A DNA stretch of 52,771 nucleotides, filler included, from Catajapyx aquilonaris (lineage: Eukaryota): the NCBI GenBank assembly GCA_000934665.2. It is 3 parts of 3 records of this genome, joined end to end, with 100 filler letters (N's around TTAATTAATTAA, not from the genome) between each part and the next. Parts side by side here need not be neighbours in the genome. Positions count along the whole stretch, not along the records: positions 1 to 17,495 come from JYFJ02006933.1; 2 more parts are not named here. One strand, 5' to 3'. A model generated the notes under the pieces. It was not told the DNA's origin. It searched no databases and saw only the letters and a list, made by a program, of their open reading frames with translations. Positions 1 to 13,188 of this stretch are shown piece after piece (the stretch's first letter is position 1; every line of letters starts with the position of its first letter). The position numbers and the translations under genes were made by a program.

Positions 1-2556
1 AAGACGTAATTAAAGCTATTCGCCGATTTTCGTCAAAATCTGACAACCCAAGGGTCAATTTTCCTTAAAAGCTCGGTGAATTGACATGGAATGACCCACT
101 ATTGTTACTATTATTGCCACAATAATAATAATTGTTGTCGCTATTATTCCCATTGTTATTAATTTACACATGTGACAAATCAGTGCTAATTGGGTTCCCT
201 TTCCTGTTCTAATAATTGAAGGGGTCGGTGCAATACCGCCCTAACAACCCACCAAATGACACAAATTGAGTGAAGCGCACTTCCATACACTATACACTCA
301 TGTATCTAACAAAATCCATAGAAATTGTGAATTTTCTGCCATCGGTCACTGAGAAATCAAATGAAATAAGTCACACGGTGTATATGTATAGGATGTATAT
401 GGCCTCTCAAACTTTCAACTGCAGTTTTCTCAAAATCAGGTTTGGGAGGGTTAGGGCAGTATTGCACCGACCCCTTCAATTGACGAGGAGAATTACGCGT
501 ATGGATAGTAAGTGTATACTGTACAATAGTGCACAGCCTCATATTATAATGGGAGCCAAATCGGTAATTCAAGTATCCTGCACGAGCCGCGCTTGCAGCA
601 TAATATTATATACACTGTATACTGTATATAAATGTACGCATCCACCTTGACGTTATTGCCGTTTATGTCACATCGTCTGCTTGATATCATTTTGGCGGCG
701 CACTTAGGCAGCCAGACCCGGATGATGGGGAGGCAGGAGGTAGAGGGTGGATGGGGTGGCTCCCTAGGGGACACACCCCTGTCCAACAACACAAAAGTGT
801 GGGTGGGGGGGGGGGGGAGGGAGGGGGACAGAAAATCGTAATCCCCCCCCCTCCCTTCCCGTTTCCCATACTGTAGCACTTCATAAGGGGAGGGGGGAGG
901 GGAGGGGGGAGGACTGGTGGCATAATTTCCCAGATGCACCGTCACGGCTCCGGGACCTATTCCCATAGAGCGGCTCCAGAGCTTTCTCTCTCTCCCTCTC
1001 TCTCCCTATTTCGCTATCTGTATCCCTGCCTAATTTTATGCGCCTGGAATTTATTCAGGTGGGCAATTTTTCCCCCATGTGAAATCTGCAAGCCTGAACT
1101 AGGATTCTGCCATCTGCTGGACCTAATTTTGATATCATTGAACTCAAATGAAGGTAACGGTGGAGGGTCACTTTATTGTCAAAAAATATCGTCAGAGTAA
1201 TTGTTGTTCAGTGCTGGGCTTTGTTTTACATGACCTGTTGTAATGAGCGCTCTTTTTCCGTTGCTTTATTCTGTATTGCCTTATGCCTCCTTTTTGTTGC
1301 TCGATTGCGCTTGGGGACCTGCAATTAGGCACTGTGTCCCACGGGTCTGATGCAGAGGACATAACGCTTGTCCCCTCCTCAGCGTAATAACCTAGTAGCA
1401 ATAAACATATGTTTAGGATTTGCATATCGTACGGAACGCTTTGGCCACCAAAGTAGCCTATACACAGGGAGTCGATACCAAATGTATAGTCTACACTGTA
1501 GGAAATGGGAGGTAAATTCGGATTATTAGTAATTTTACTTATCTCTGAAATGATCCTCTACAGTCTACACTAATTGATATGTATAGGTCTAGGTCTCCTT
1601 CCCATGTAGTATATGTGGACAGAACGATGACGGTAATTTGATTCTAATTATTGTGTTCTAAATGTATTGAAATAAGCAGAGTAGGTTATACTGCAAAGTT
1701 CTGTAAGCATAGGAGGTAATACCAAGCTACAAATAATGTGTATCTCGAGACCTATAGGGTGCAGATAATGGGATAAGAGCTTTGTTGTACTATAGCCAGT
1801 GTCATTATTTAGTAAAATAAAGCTATTCCTGTCTTCCTATACTGTAACATATGGGTACGTGCGTTAACGTACGAAACTAACGCGTCACCTGAATGAAAAT
1901 GGTATCTTAGAATGGAGATAAGGTAATACTATTCCAGTGACTGCACTGCAATACCGACGCGACGTCCTGTTGAATAATAACAAGAGGTCCAGTCACATTT
2001 CCAGCTAAAGTATAATAACTGGGCTTAATTTACAACAAAACGTTTGGAAAGGTACTGTAATACTACATTGCTACAAAACAGACTGAATTATTGGAACTCT
2101 CGTCTTGTTAGATCAAGTTTTAAAATTACCCGCTAGCTATATTCGGGCTTTCTGTAGAATGATGCTAAGAAATACCACCACAATATTATCTTGAATGTTT
2201 TTTTTTTATTTTTTACTTACACTACACCGGATTTAACCCCCCGGCCGCCCTTAGGCAGTTGAGATCCCCCCCCCCCNCCCCCCCCCCCCGCCATGCCGCT
2301 TTAAAATTCCATTTTTCTCGTATTCTCTCATACATTTCATTTTATTTTATTTAAAAAAAATATGTTGTAACTTATGGCCGCCATTTCGGCAATTACTTTT
2401 TCTGCCTGTAGCGGTAAATCAAGCGTTCAAAAAGGTGATTTTTTTTTGTTATCTCGCCTTTATTTCTTATTATTGTATTTGAAAAAAATATTTATTGCCT
2501 AATGGGAAATCCGTCGCTGACTACAGTAACTACACTATTGGAAGAAACGGATAAAG

Positions 2557-2952
2557 TTGGGTTGACAGGCATCGCGGAAGGCGAGTGGTGGCTGGGGGCA
2601 GTGGCTGTGTCGCAAAAACGGAACAGGCAGGCTGAATGATAGGCGTGTATCCTCTTAAGATATATCTGTATCCGCAAGGAAGGTGGGTTACGTTAGGTTG
2701 GTACAGCATAGGCCTACTCCTTCCCAAATAAAAAAAAAAATCCCGAATCCAAAAAAATCAATACTTGCATTCTTGCGTTTGCGACACAGCCACTGCCCCC
2801 GGCCACTACTCACCCTCCCCACTTCCGCGATGCCTGTCAACCCTACTCCTTCCGAAAAAACTGCTTGTATACCCCCGTAAGCAGCGCCAATGCAGGCGCG
2901 TATGGAAGCATATACCCTTTTTCTGACGCACTTGGCGCTGCTTACGGGGGTA
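2557..2952. repeat. Two adjacent inverted repeats (MITE-like)
   Basis: gggttgacaggcatcgcggaag...gggggcagtggctgtgtcgcaaa (about 2557-2616) pairs with about 2775-2843. A separate hairpin taccccc gtaagcagcgccaa / ttggcgctgcttacgggggta lies at about 2869-2952. Confidence 0.75.
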
Positions 2953-3502
2953 CAAAGCAATTTTTTCCAATAATGTACGCATATGGGCCTGGATCCTTTT
3001 ACCTGGCCACAAAAACCTACATGTTTTTTTTATTTAAAAAAACCTGTACTAACAAACTCCCCTGGAAGCCGTAGGCATTTAAAGTCTGCTATGACTCCAT
3101 CCACACCCGATCTCATCTCGGGCTCTAGCTACGTACACCTGACATGAAAAATGTAATGCGCCTCATTTGAGCAATTAAATGCGGACATGCAGCAGCTACT
3201 GTAGCTATGAACCAGCCAGAGGAAATCCGGAGACTAAATTGCAACCAAGGGAGGGCGGGGGACTCGGGATGTCTGCAGGTGCCCATAGCCCAGCCCGCAA
3301 ACTTTGGGTCCGTTGACGGGCGTGTGTCAACAGTGCGCGTCACATTGTGTCTACAACTAACGGGACAGTCCCAGTCTGAATTTTTCAAGGCCTTACCGGC
3401 TCAGTGTACGCTACGTACCTGGGCCAATTGTCGGCACAAATTGTACCTCAAAAATCACTCTAATTAGCAAATGATGAACATTTGCAATATTGTGTCCATA
3501 TA

Positions 3503-3950
3503 CAGGGTGTTCCAGGTTCGTGGGGCGTTTTATAATAGTTATTGTTATAGGGTTTTTTTTTGCTCAAAGCAGTTATTTTTGTAGCTGGTTGTGCCTCCGA
3601 TTCTAGAGCCACATGTAAAAACCATGTATCTCTGATTTGGCCATTTTGAAATATTGCACCTCAAAGTTCGTGATCTGCCATTTGATCTTGCATAAATCAT
3701 ACTTGAAAAAACATGAATAACTTGGCAGGAAAACAAGTTAGAGAGACGTGGTTTGTGCCAGTGGATAGAGAAAATCCAATTGTGGCCTACAAGTAAAAAC
3801 CAAGTATCTTGAGTTACATGATTTTTACATGAGGCTCCAGCTCTGCTACATTCGACCACCTGATAGTACTGAGGCACCTGGATTGGAGCACAACAAGCTA
3901 CACAAAAATACGTCGGGCGATATTAGTGACGACTAAAAACGACCTGTATT
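3503..3950. mobile_element. Diverged longer relative of the 12965-13188 MITE
   Basis: Starts TA|CAGGGTGTTCC and shares gttatttttgtagct..gttgtgc and acaacaagctac..aaaa..tcgggcgata blocks. Right TIR is decayed. A third fragment lies near 33745-33885. Confidence 0.65.
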
Positions 3951-4906
3951 TCAGTGACTACATGGTGAAGGTACAGTACCCTGCATTAATGGCTATGCGC
4001 TGACATCGCCACCTGGCGGGATTGAGCGGAACTAGGCGTCGGTGGGCTGTGTCCAAAATACTTTGATGATCAAGACTGCTCACGAGACCGCACTAGACGG
4101 CTCAAGATATCGCGGTGGATTAACAGGCAAGTCCGAGATTTTCTTCGACTTATCGAGAATTTCGAGTTATCGGTATTCGAGTTATCCGAATTTAAGTGTA
4201 ACTTTTACTCGGATGAATAATCCATTATTAGTGTTGCTGCTGTTCTTAAAGGGAAGTAATAAAAAGATGGTGATTCATCTTGGGCTAGCCCTCTGCTGCA
4301 ATTCTTGTGCCATCTACTGAAAACAAGGGGAAAATAATGACGAAACTATCAATCTAGTAGAATGATAGTGTCTGGGCAACGTGAGTGGTGGGTTGAGTGT
4401 GATGGGGGAATTTCAGGTTCAGGATGTGGGTGGGTGGTAGGGGGGGAGGGGGGTAAGAGGGGCTTATCATAGAGTTCAGGCAGTTCATTATTGGCGCACA
4501 CCCCACAAGGGCCTGGGTTCGACGCACAATCAGATGAAACGTCGCGGTTTCTACGTTCCCAAACGGTAATTTTACCATCCATCAAAAATCTGATAGGTTT
4601 GCGATGGGACAGTGGGTATGTGGAATATCGGAGGGGGACGAGGGGAGACTTCAAGCAGGAGGGAATTATACGGCATGCCTACTACTTCAGTTTCTATTGT
4701 TAGACCCCGTGGTACTATGAAAGAAGTCTTAAGTCGCAGTAAGCCGGTCGCTCCAACCTGCAGTTAAGAACATTGTTATCATAGATATTTGTACTTTGCA
4801 AGAAAATATTAGCGTATATTCAATATTAGTAATGCGTATAACGTGAATATTCACATATTTCGTCCAGTGGTGGAGAACTTGCAAGATGATTTAATATTAT
4901 GATACA

Positions 4907-5252
4907 CAGTCGCCGTCTCGTTATCCGCGGTTTGAAACTATCAAATATAATAAAATCACTGGATTTTAAATATCCAACACGTATTTTTATTGCAATACAA
5001 TACTTGAGTACGGTACTATGATAATTACCGTATATTCTTATAACTATATCGCATACATAATTATGTTGTTGTCAAATGGTTTTGTTGATGTCTTAATGTG
5101 CATACTTTGTTATTTAAACTTATCACAGGTAAGAAGGCTATGTACACGTATGTTAAAATATATATTTTATAGTTTTGATAATTTTATCCTCTGGTTTTAC
5201 TTATCTGCGGGATGACATGGAACCAATTACCGCGGATAACCTGGTCCGACTG
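4907..5252. mobile_element. Tigger/pogo-like MITE
   Basis: CAGTCG..cgttatccgcgg at left and ccgcggataac..CGACTG|TA at right. Confidence 0.7.
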
Positions 5253-7929
5253 TACTGTAATTCGGTAGTCTATCTGTAGCGAATCCCTCCGTTAAAAAGT
5301 AGCCGTATAATGAACAGTGTCCGTTAATTGCCACAAGAATACTTCAGAAATCCCGCTCACCCGGGACCAAACAAAAATTCCGTAATGGACAAGTTTCCAC
5401 TTAATACAGGTTTCGTTACTGACAAGTCTCCCAAAGCCTGTTTCTTATGCCATTCGCGAAAAATAGTGCAGCATTAATTTTTCATAACTAACAACGAATC
5501 ATGAGCACCATCGCATAGTTATAGTTCACTACCAAGTCTCACGATGACCTAATATTTCAGGTTAATGTCTGCAAAGAAAATATCCTAGTCAATAGGGTTG
5601 TAACCATATGCTTCCAAGTACCCTCAAAGCACAAAGCACGTAGCTTTATCAGTATTGGGCGAAATAAAAAAAACTGCTGAAACTTGTTGTTTTGTCTATC
5701 CCGTGATTGCCACTACCTATAGCGAATTTCTCACTTGCAGCGACAGGTGGGGAATGTGTCGCAGGTATAGTGGCACTCACAGGATATATCGTTGGCACAC
5801 AGTAGAAATCAACCAAGTCTAATTTTGATGGGCACTTGAGTTGTTTACACCACTATCAGTAGATATAATAGAAGTCCATTTATAGTCATAAGATTCATAA
5901 TTAGCCAGCAAGCCATTTTTCTATCTTCACTGGCATTTAAGCAAGGGCAAGATCAAATCTGTGTTTTGGATTATCTCAAAACTTTTTTTCTTCAATTTTG
6001 TGGATTTCACATATATGTCAACATGTCCGCAATAACAAATCGGAAGACACTGCATATCTTGAATATTTTCTCGGTACAGTCTCCGATATATGCAAATGGT
6101 TTCTTTGCAGTGTTGACTATATGAAACATTTATCTGACCATACCCCCTAGTCCCTTCACTTCTGGTCTTCTGGCTATATACGTTAGTGTCCTGTGGCTGG
6201 GAAATACATCATCGAGAGTGTCGTATGAATAATTGTTGCGCGATCATCAGAAGCGAATTAATTTGGGTATAGCGGTACCCTTGTCGATAGTATCGCAGCC
6301 ACAAATGAAACGGGCGCGGCTCCTTATTTATAAGGCCTAATCGGAAGTGGCGGCGGCTTAGTTTCGGCGTCTAATAGGCCGGCTGGGCCCATCTATCTCT
6401 CCCCGGATCTTATTCCGGGTTGGTTGTCTCCTGACGGCCTAGGCTGTAAGAAACCCCCCCGAAACCCTGCATTAATCATAGGCCGATGAATTACTCAAAT
6501 GTCGCCTTATACCAACCGACTCTGCTTGGATTCATTTGACACAATTTGCCACACAAATTGCCATTCACTTGCATATTACAACGGAGGGTCGTATTTAATT
6601 TTGGACTTCGTGTTACGTAAAGTATTGGCATTATTTTAGAAGAGGTCAGGTCCGGTTGTATAAACGTAAATTAAAGGAATAGATCCGAATATGCCTATAT
6701 ATAGACGGAAATTCAGGTCGGGCTAAAATTTTGCATTTTAATCCAATATCTTTACTTTTCAGTGAATTTTCAGTATGAATAAACTGTTCTGGTCCAGAAG
6801 TGACACTATGCAATGTGCAGCATAAATGCTAAAAAAAAAATTCAAACGAGTACATTACAAACCCCTGCCTTGCTAAAAAATAAATGGATGGTCCACCAAT
6901 ATGGGGTATTGAGACAACCATGATTCACTGATTGATTAGACTTTTTGTGACGGTGCGTCAGACGAATGAGATTACCATAAATAATGTCTTCAAGTGGTAA
7001 ATTATAGGAATAACAAGATAACGGTTGCATGTGCAGGGCTATGTGCATATACGATGTTTTTTTTAAAAAAAAAAACGATACAATTTTTGAAATGAAAATC
7101 ATCTATGATAGTGGCAGCTCTAATATGACTCGGGGCATATTTTTCCCCGCCGAATGCATGTCATGCTAGCTATGGTAGGGCATGATGCAGGTTATGCACA
7201 AGTGATTGGCTGCGAAATGAGATGTTGGGTAAACAAGCAAGTGGACGGTGGAAAATAATGGTTGGATGGATGGATGGTTAGAGAAGAGTTTGGCGGTGGG
7301 GGAAACCCTGAGGGGTGGGCATGGGGGTGGGGGTGTGGCCCCTCAGGCATGTGTATGTGTGTACACGTATACGGCAGCGGCAGACGGCCCCCGGGTACGC
7401 ACACATGACTGTGGGGATACATATACGAGTCTCCCTGGATGCATGCTCGCTCCCAGTTGTATCTACGCCCAACGTTATCATGACTTTGCATTTAAAATTT
7501 TGAGAGGCAGACCCGTTCCGGTCCGGATTATATTAATTAAGCTCGCATAAACAGGTTTTAGGCGGACGATACAACGAACACATGTCTGCGAAGGAGTGCA
7601 AGAGGTTAATTTCGCAGGATTACTTTTGACGGCGTAGTGGTTTGTGTCCAAAAATCATGGGAGCTTCTACGGTATGTGCGCAGTACATAGGGATATGAGT
7701 GTGTGGAAGATGAAGGGAGTAAAAATAATGGACGTTATAATAAGCACGTTTTTCTGCAATAGGCCTACTGAATAAAAATAAGTGAAAATTAATTTTCAAA
7801 TGAAATAGTTGTGCAATGAGAACTAAATCACTTAACTAAAACGAGACAAAATTATTGCTAGGTTATGCCCTAGGCTATAGGCATATAGTACAACTTACAG
7901 TATATTGTGCCCGAGTAAAGTATACACAA

Positions 7930-8013
7930 GCACGATGGGGGTTCGCAGGTTACTTGACTATCATAAAAGCGGGTCGTGACCATCGCGACCCAAAAAAAGG
8001 TTGGGAATCACTG
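7930..8013. mobile_element. hAT (Charlie-like) terminal fragment
   Basis: gggtcg...aaaaaaggttgggaatcactg followed by gtctaaat, which resembles the NTCTAGAN target. The other end was not found. Confidence 0.5.
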
Positions 8014-11000
8014 GTCTAAATATTGCAAATATCTACGCATTCTATACAGAGAAGGGGTTATCCTCTGCAAGCCAAAAATTACGGCTCGCTGCACAAAAGA
8101 GGATGCTACATACAGTACTAATATTTTTTATGGCATTATCTACCTACTCTTACAGTATTTTGAAACAAGAGCAAATGCCAGGTAGTTATGAAGGTCACCC
8201 TCCCTGTAATCCGCAGAGATAACTTACAATGGGAAAAATAACTTTCAACGCGAATACATGAACTGCTAGAGACATGCCAGAGTAGTAAAACATTCATAGC
8301 AGGGTAGTAACAAACATGTTCACTTTCACCCGCGTAAATAATTATATTGTCCTTCTCACGAATAACATTAATGTGGAAGCAGCATTAATATTCGCCATCA
8401 GTTTAACAATGAAAGCGATGGATTAACCAGATGGCATTGAAATTGTCGCATTAACCATCGCTAGCTCATTTTGGCAAATCATTTCAATTCCCAATTTCTT
8501 TCCTTCTTCGGATTTGGCATTTATGTCATATTTTGTTGACAGGTGAATCGATGCCTATACTCCCGCCCACTTTCAACTCTCCCTCCACAATTTTTCCTTC
8601 CTTCTGATTGGCCGCATTTTGCACGCGAATCAAACTGGGCCAGTAGGTATATATTTTTTATATGCCATTTTGCTCTTACGACTGCTCCTATACATTTCTT
8701 ACACAGCAGATTCACACACTCTACCTACAATAATCAAAAAACTGCGATACTATCAACCTATTCACAACATAGCCTACTGTAGTTATGATGTTTGGCCAAA
8801 ACTGGCTGATTATTTTTCATTTAAGACAAAGCATCTCATATAGCCATACAGACCAAAAATGTCTGAAGCCTGAGACAGAGTAAGGCATGAAGCAAATGCC
8901 GTGCTGGCTGCCGCCTATGCCGTATATAGTGACGGGGGTTGAGAATGTCAACAAGGTTGCGTGCAGGGTTCGCTTTGGTGGAAGCCCAACGTATCACTTC
9001 CCAGCAGTTATAATGCACTCCATATTGATGAGGTAGGGATGACATGCTCAATAGAACCAGGCAGAGTACCGCCGGTATATCGGAAAACGCTTCCAGATGG
9101 GTGGGAATCGCTGGAAACCGCGACTGGACATGTCACGCAATTTCGCCAAAAAACAGAGACAGACAGAGGATTCACCGTTTATTTATTTTCTCTCCTGTCT
9201 TATATAGGATGCGGATTGGTGGTCAAGAGAGTTGGTTATATGCATGTGTTTATACGCGGGAGGGATCAGGCAGAATGGGAAGAGGGGGGCCAGGAAAGGC
9301 CAAGCCAGGGCTGGCAGTGCTCCCCAGGGGGGTGTCCTGGGGCACACCGCACGGAATTCACAATTATTGCTGGCCCCAACCCCTACCGCACTTCCCACCT
9401 AGTCATCACTAAGAGAGATCATCATTGTCTGCCTATACACACCTATACTGTGTGGAGACTGGATATTTTTAAAGTTTACCTTAGAATATCGCGAGGAACT
9501 TCTTGCGTCAAATTTTGCAACACATTCCTCAATATAGAGATGGGTTGTTTATTCGTCTTATATACAAGGAGTATACGAAGCAATAGAGTTGCTGCTGCTG
9601 CTGATTCTGCTGCCGCTGCCGCTGTCTCCATAATAAATTGATGGAGAAACCAAAGTCGTCCCCGCTGAGCGCTACTTGCAAGTTAACTTACGTACTTCTG
9701 GTTTGGCTTTTCTCTTCCGTTATTTTCAGGTGTACCCACTTGAACGCTGTCTTCCAAACTTCTCAAACCCACACCTTCATCAATAACCAATGAACCTAGA
9801 TGGAGTCTATAAATATTTTTTTCCTGCTTCTTCACCCCCTGTGCTTTAACAAGATCAGGAACAGTGCAGAACCAAAAAAAATGATGGGGGGGGGGGGTGG
9901 TAAAAAAGACAATCGAATTCGTAAAGGATAGGTCTTGTCTTTTCCGCCTGGTAACCACTTGGCCAAATTCTACCTTCTGGCAACTATTGCAATGAGGGAG
10001 AGGCTGGGAAGGAGCGAGAGGAGAGGGGTGTCTTCTGGGCTATAAGGTCTATTTCCTGCAAATTAAAACCCAAGAATCAACTTCATTAAGGTGGTGCTCG
10101 CCTCAGGGTGGGAAAATCTTCATCAAAGTTTGAGCGGCCAGATGTTAATTGGGTTGCGGTTAAGAGTAGCGTGTTGATATAGTGAGAGAAACAGAGGGAA
10201 AAGTGTACAACTTGCAGTGCGCAAATTACATTCTGAATTAGTGAGGGGGCCCCCCCAAAGTTTAAAACGCCAACTTGCAGGGAACCTGCTATAGGAAATC
10301 ACATTTTGACTGTTAGACTCCAGCCAGGGACAACGTATATACTGTATAAGTTACACTGCATATCAGGCCCAAGTATACGTTATATTATGTAAAGCATCGA
10401 TTGCTCTTCCGGTTCCGTATTAGGCTCTCATATTGGCAGGTATTATGAATTGAAAACCTAATATCTTGGGAAATTAGTCACGAACCGAGAAATCCGGTAA
10501 AAAAAATTTTATATGGAATATGGACCGAAACCGTGGTTTTTTCAATACTGCTCAAGTCTCCAGCTCAACATGGGTGAAGTGTGGATTGTTTACCGCCAGC
10601 AAACAAGTGATTGTTGCTTCTATTTAAACTCCTTGCTGGGGGTGAAAAATGCGCAATTTCTTCCCTTACAGCTAGGGAATTTGGCATATAAATGGAAATA
10701 ATTTCACAATTTTAACTGTTCACTTCCTTAACCTATAAGCAAAAAGTGTGCACCTAACAATCCGAATTTGCATCATTCATATTGCATGTCATACTGTGGC
10801 TGAATCAGCCAACTAAAAAGACACAGAAGTGCCCTTTAATTTGTCGCCAAATCCATATCACATCATATATTCTATCAATCATATATTCCTCAGCAACCTC
10901 CAGTCCGAAAAACAGTAGATATACCCCTGTCATAGGATCCTGTTATACACAGGACTTTGGGCAATCATGACCTATGCTTGGGTGATGTCGGGACAAATGT

Positions 11001-12964
11001 TTGAATAGTTGGTCAATGCGGGCAAGCGACAATTAACCGCCGCTTGTTTACAGTTGGGCCCAACACAAAGCCGGCTCACAAAGGCAAATGGCGTGGTGGC
11101 CAACGCGCCCAACAATTGCCCCATTGTTTCTGGATTTTCACCCCAGCGAGTGCCTGACCCTTTTGTGCCCCGCACACCTGTTAAATGCCTTTTCAGAATA
11201 GCCAGCTGGGTATACGCGTAGACTAACAATAACCGTGGTTGCCAGGTGCGAACTGATGATTTTTCAGTGCTGGAGTGTTATTGTGGAAAAAAAAGGGCAG
11301 TGTCATGGATTGTGTACAGGTAGGGTAAGGATAGAAGAAAAAAAGTTGTAGCACCCTTTTTTGTAGCGATCGGGCGCAGCTATTCTGCAATCATTTTTCA
11401 CCATCAACAGGGAAACGGCAGCGCATCGTCAATAATAGATGCAAGGGGGAAAACCTGTGCCCAAGTTGCCACCAAAGGGGAATATGGCCATTCATATTAC
11501 TTGATGGACTCTTCCCAACTCTTTCACACATTTATAATAACCAAGCCGCTTTCAATAGCCATTTTTTGTTGCTTACCAGTTGATAAAATTAACTGGTTAC
11601 TAGTTCCATCCACCAGAGGCGCTGCGCTGTCTCCTCCCATTGCGCAGGCGCAGAACGGGGGCCAATCGGAATCTTCTTGTAAACAATATACGGCAGGCCA
11701 ATCAGAAGCCTCTGTCATACAATATTATAAATATTTTATAACCTAATCTGCACAATGGCAGCACCCACGTGACATTAGCAGAAATGGCTTCCATTTTGTT
11801 GACAAATCGAACCGGAAGATAATAACATGTGATGGACCGTGATTGTGAACCCCGTTGTGGGCCTCTTCCTCACTGTACTCGTACAGTACCTGGTGGTAAC
11901 CCCCAGCTCTCTCTACCACCCCCTCCCCCCAAAAAACAGCGGGGGTTCCGCGGTTAGGCTGGCAAGTGATGCTGGCCGACTAATGAGCGAACACAGCCGC
12001 GGTCACACCGATATTGGAAGCCCCAAATTCCGGACCGCGTCAATTAACCCGCTACGCGACTGCATCACCATACTAAGTGGCAGCCAATAAAGTTTCATGA
12101 ATATGAATTAGAAGTATTATGGTTGTCTGGTCACTTACCGTGCCTTTCCACCCCACCCAGCCCCCGATAGCCCCCCCCCCTCCGCAGGCCCCTGGTATAA
12201 TGGGGGAGGTGGAAGGTTATGGGCTGTTTATTGCGCGTGTTTTCCGACTGAAAGAGTCAAAATATATTGAAAAAGTTTGGGAAAAAACTGTTTACTTTTG
12301 ATCAATTTTTAGTTGCGACGTTGCGAGTGCTATGTTGTAATAGTGGGATGTGTTGATCAAGTGAATTCAGGCATTATCAACCAAGATAAGCCTATACTTT
12401 ATTCGGCAATGTGCAAACACCGATACGAGGAACGCAATTATGCAATTAAAGTCTGTTTATGCTAAGTACTGTTGCATGCATTAACATGCTTTCCTGACAC
12501 AATGCAAATTACTGATGCGTTTCATCAATTTTCCAGACAAATTATATGACAATAAATGTGCGTAGATATTCAGTGTTTCCTGCTTTTTGTAACTGGTATT
12601 ACTTTGTATTATTTCTCCTCTCGTCTATTAAGGATACAATACTGCATAGATTATGCAGTAGTAGAAGGTGATGACGTCCGTTATTTTATATGTGTTAGAG
12701 CAGATATATCACTGGTTTTTAGCGAACACTTGCAATGGATCGTCCCGAGCTTTTTGCTCGTGATTGTACAGTACATGGTCATTAACGTGTTTTAATGGTA
12801 TAGCGGGTATATATAGTTGCCTGTAATTAAAATGCATTTAGTTTGTTAGTCCAAATAGGCAACATGCAAATAGGATGCAACATAGGCTACAGCTTTTGCT
12901 AAACAGCTCTTAAAGCTCTCCCTTCCGTTTTCTAAAAATTTAGGTTACATAATATTATTGTGTA

Positions 12965-13188
12965 CAGGGTGTTCCAAATTCGTAGGTCATTTTTTATAAG
13001 TTATAACTGATATCGCCCGATAGTAGTTATTTTTTGTGTAGCTTGTTGTGCTCCGATCCAGATTCCACATTACTCCCAGGGGGTCGAATATAGCAGAGGC
13101 ATCTGATTAGGAATACAACAAGCTACAAAAATAACTACTATCGGGCGATATCAGTTATAAAAACTACCTACGAATTTGGAACACCCTG
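12965..13188. mobile_element. Tc1/mariner-type MITE (224 bp, foldback)
   Basis: TA|CAGGGTGTTCCAAATTCGTAGGT ... ACCTACGAATTTGGAACACCCTG|TA, with inverted arms running through most of the element. Confidence 0.9.

Noticed and set aside
8961..9641. 226-aa ORF
   Set aside because: GTG start, no recognisable domain, and it runs across compositionally unrelated patches including a (GCT)n tract.
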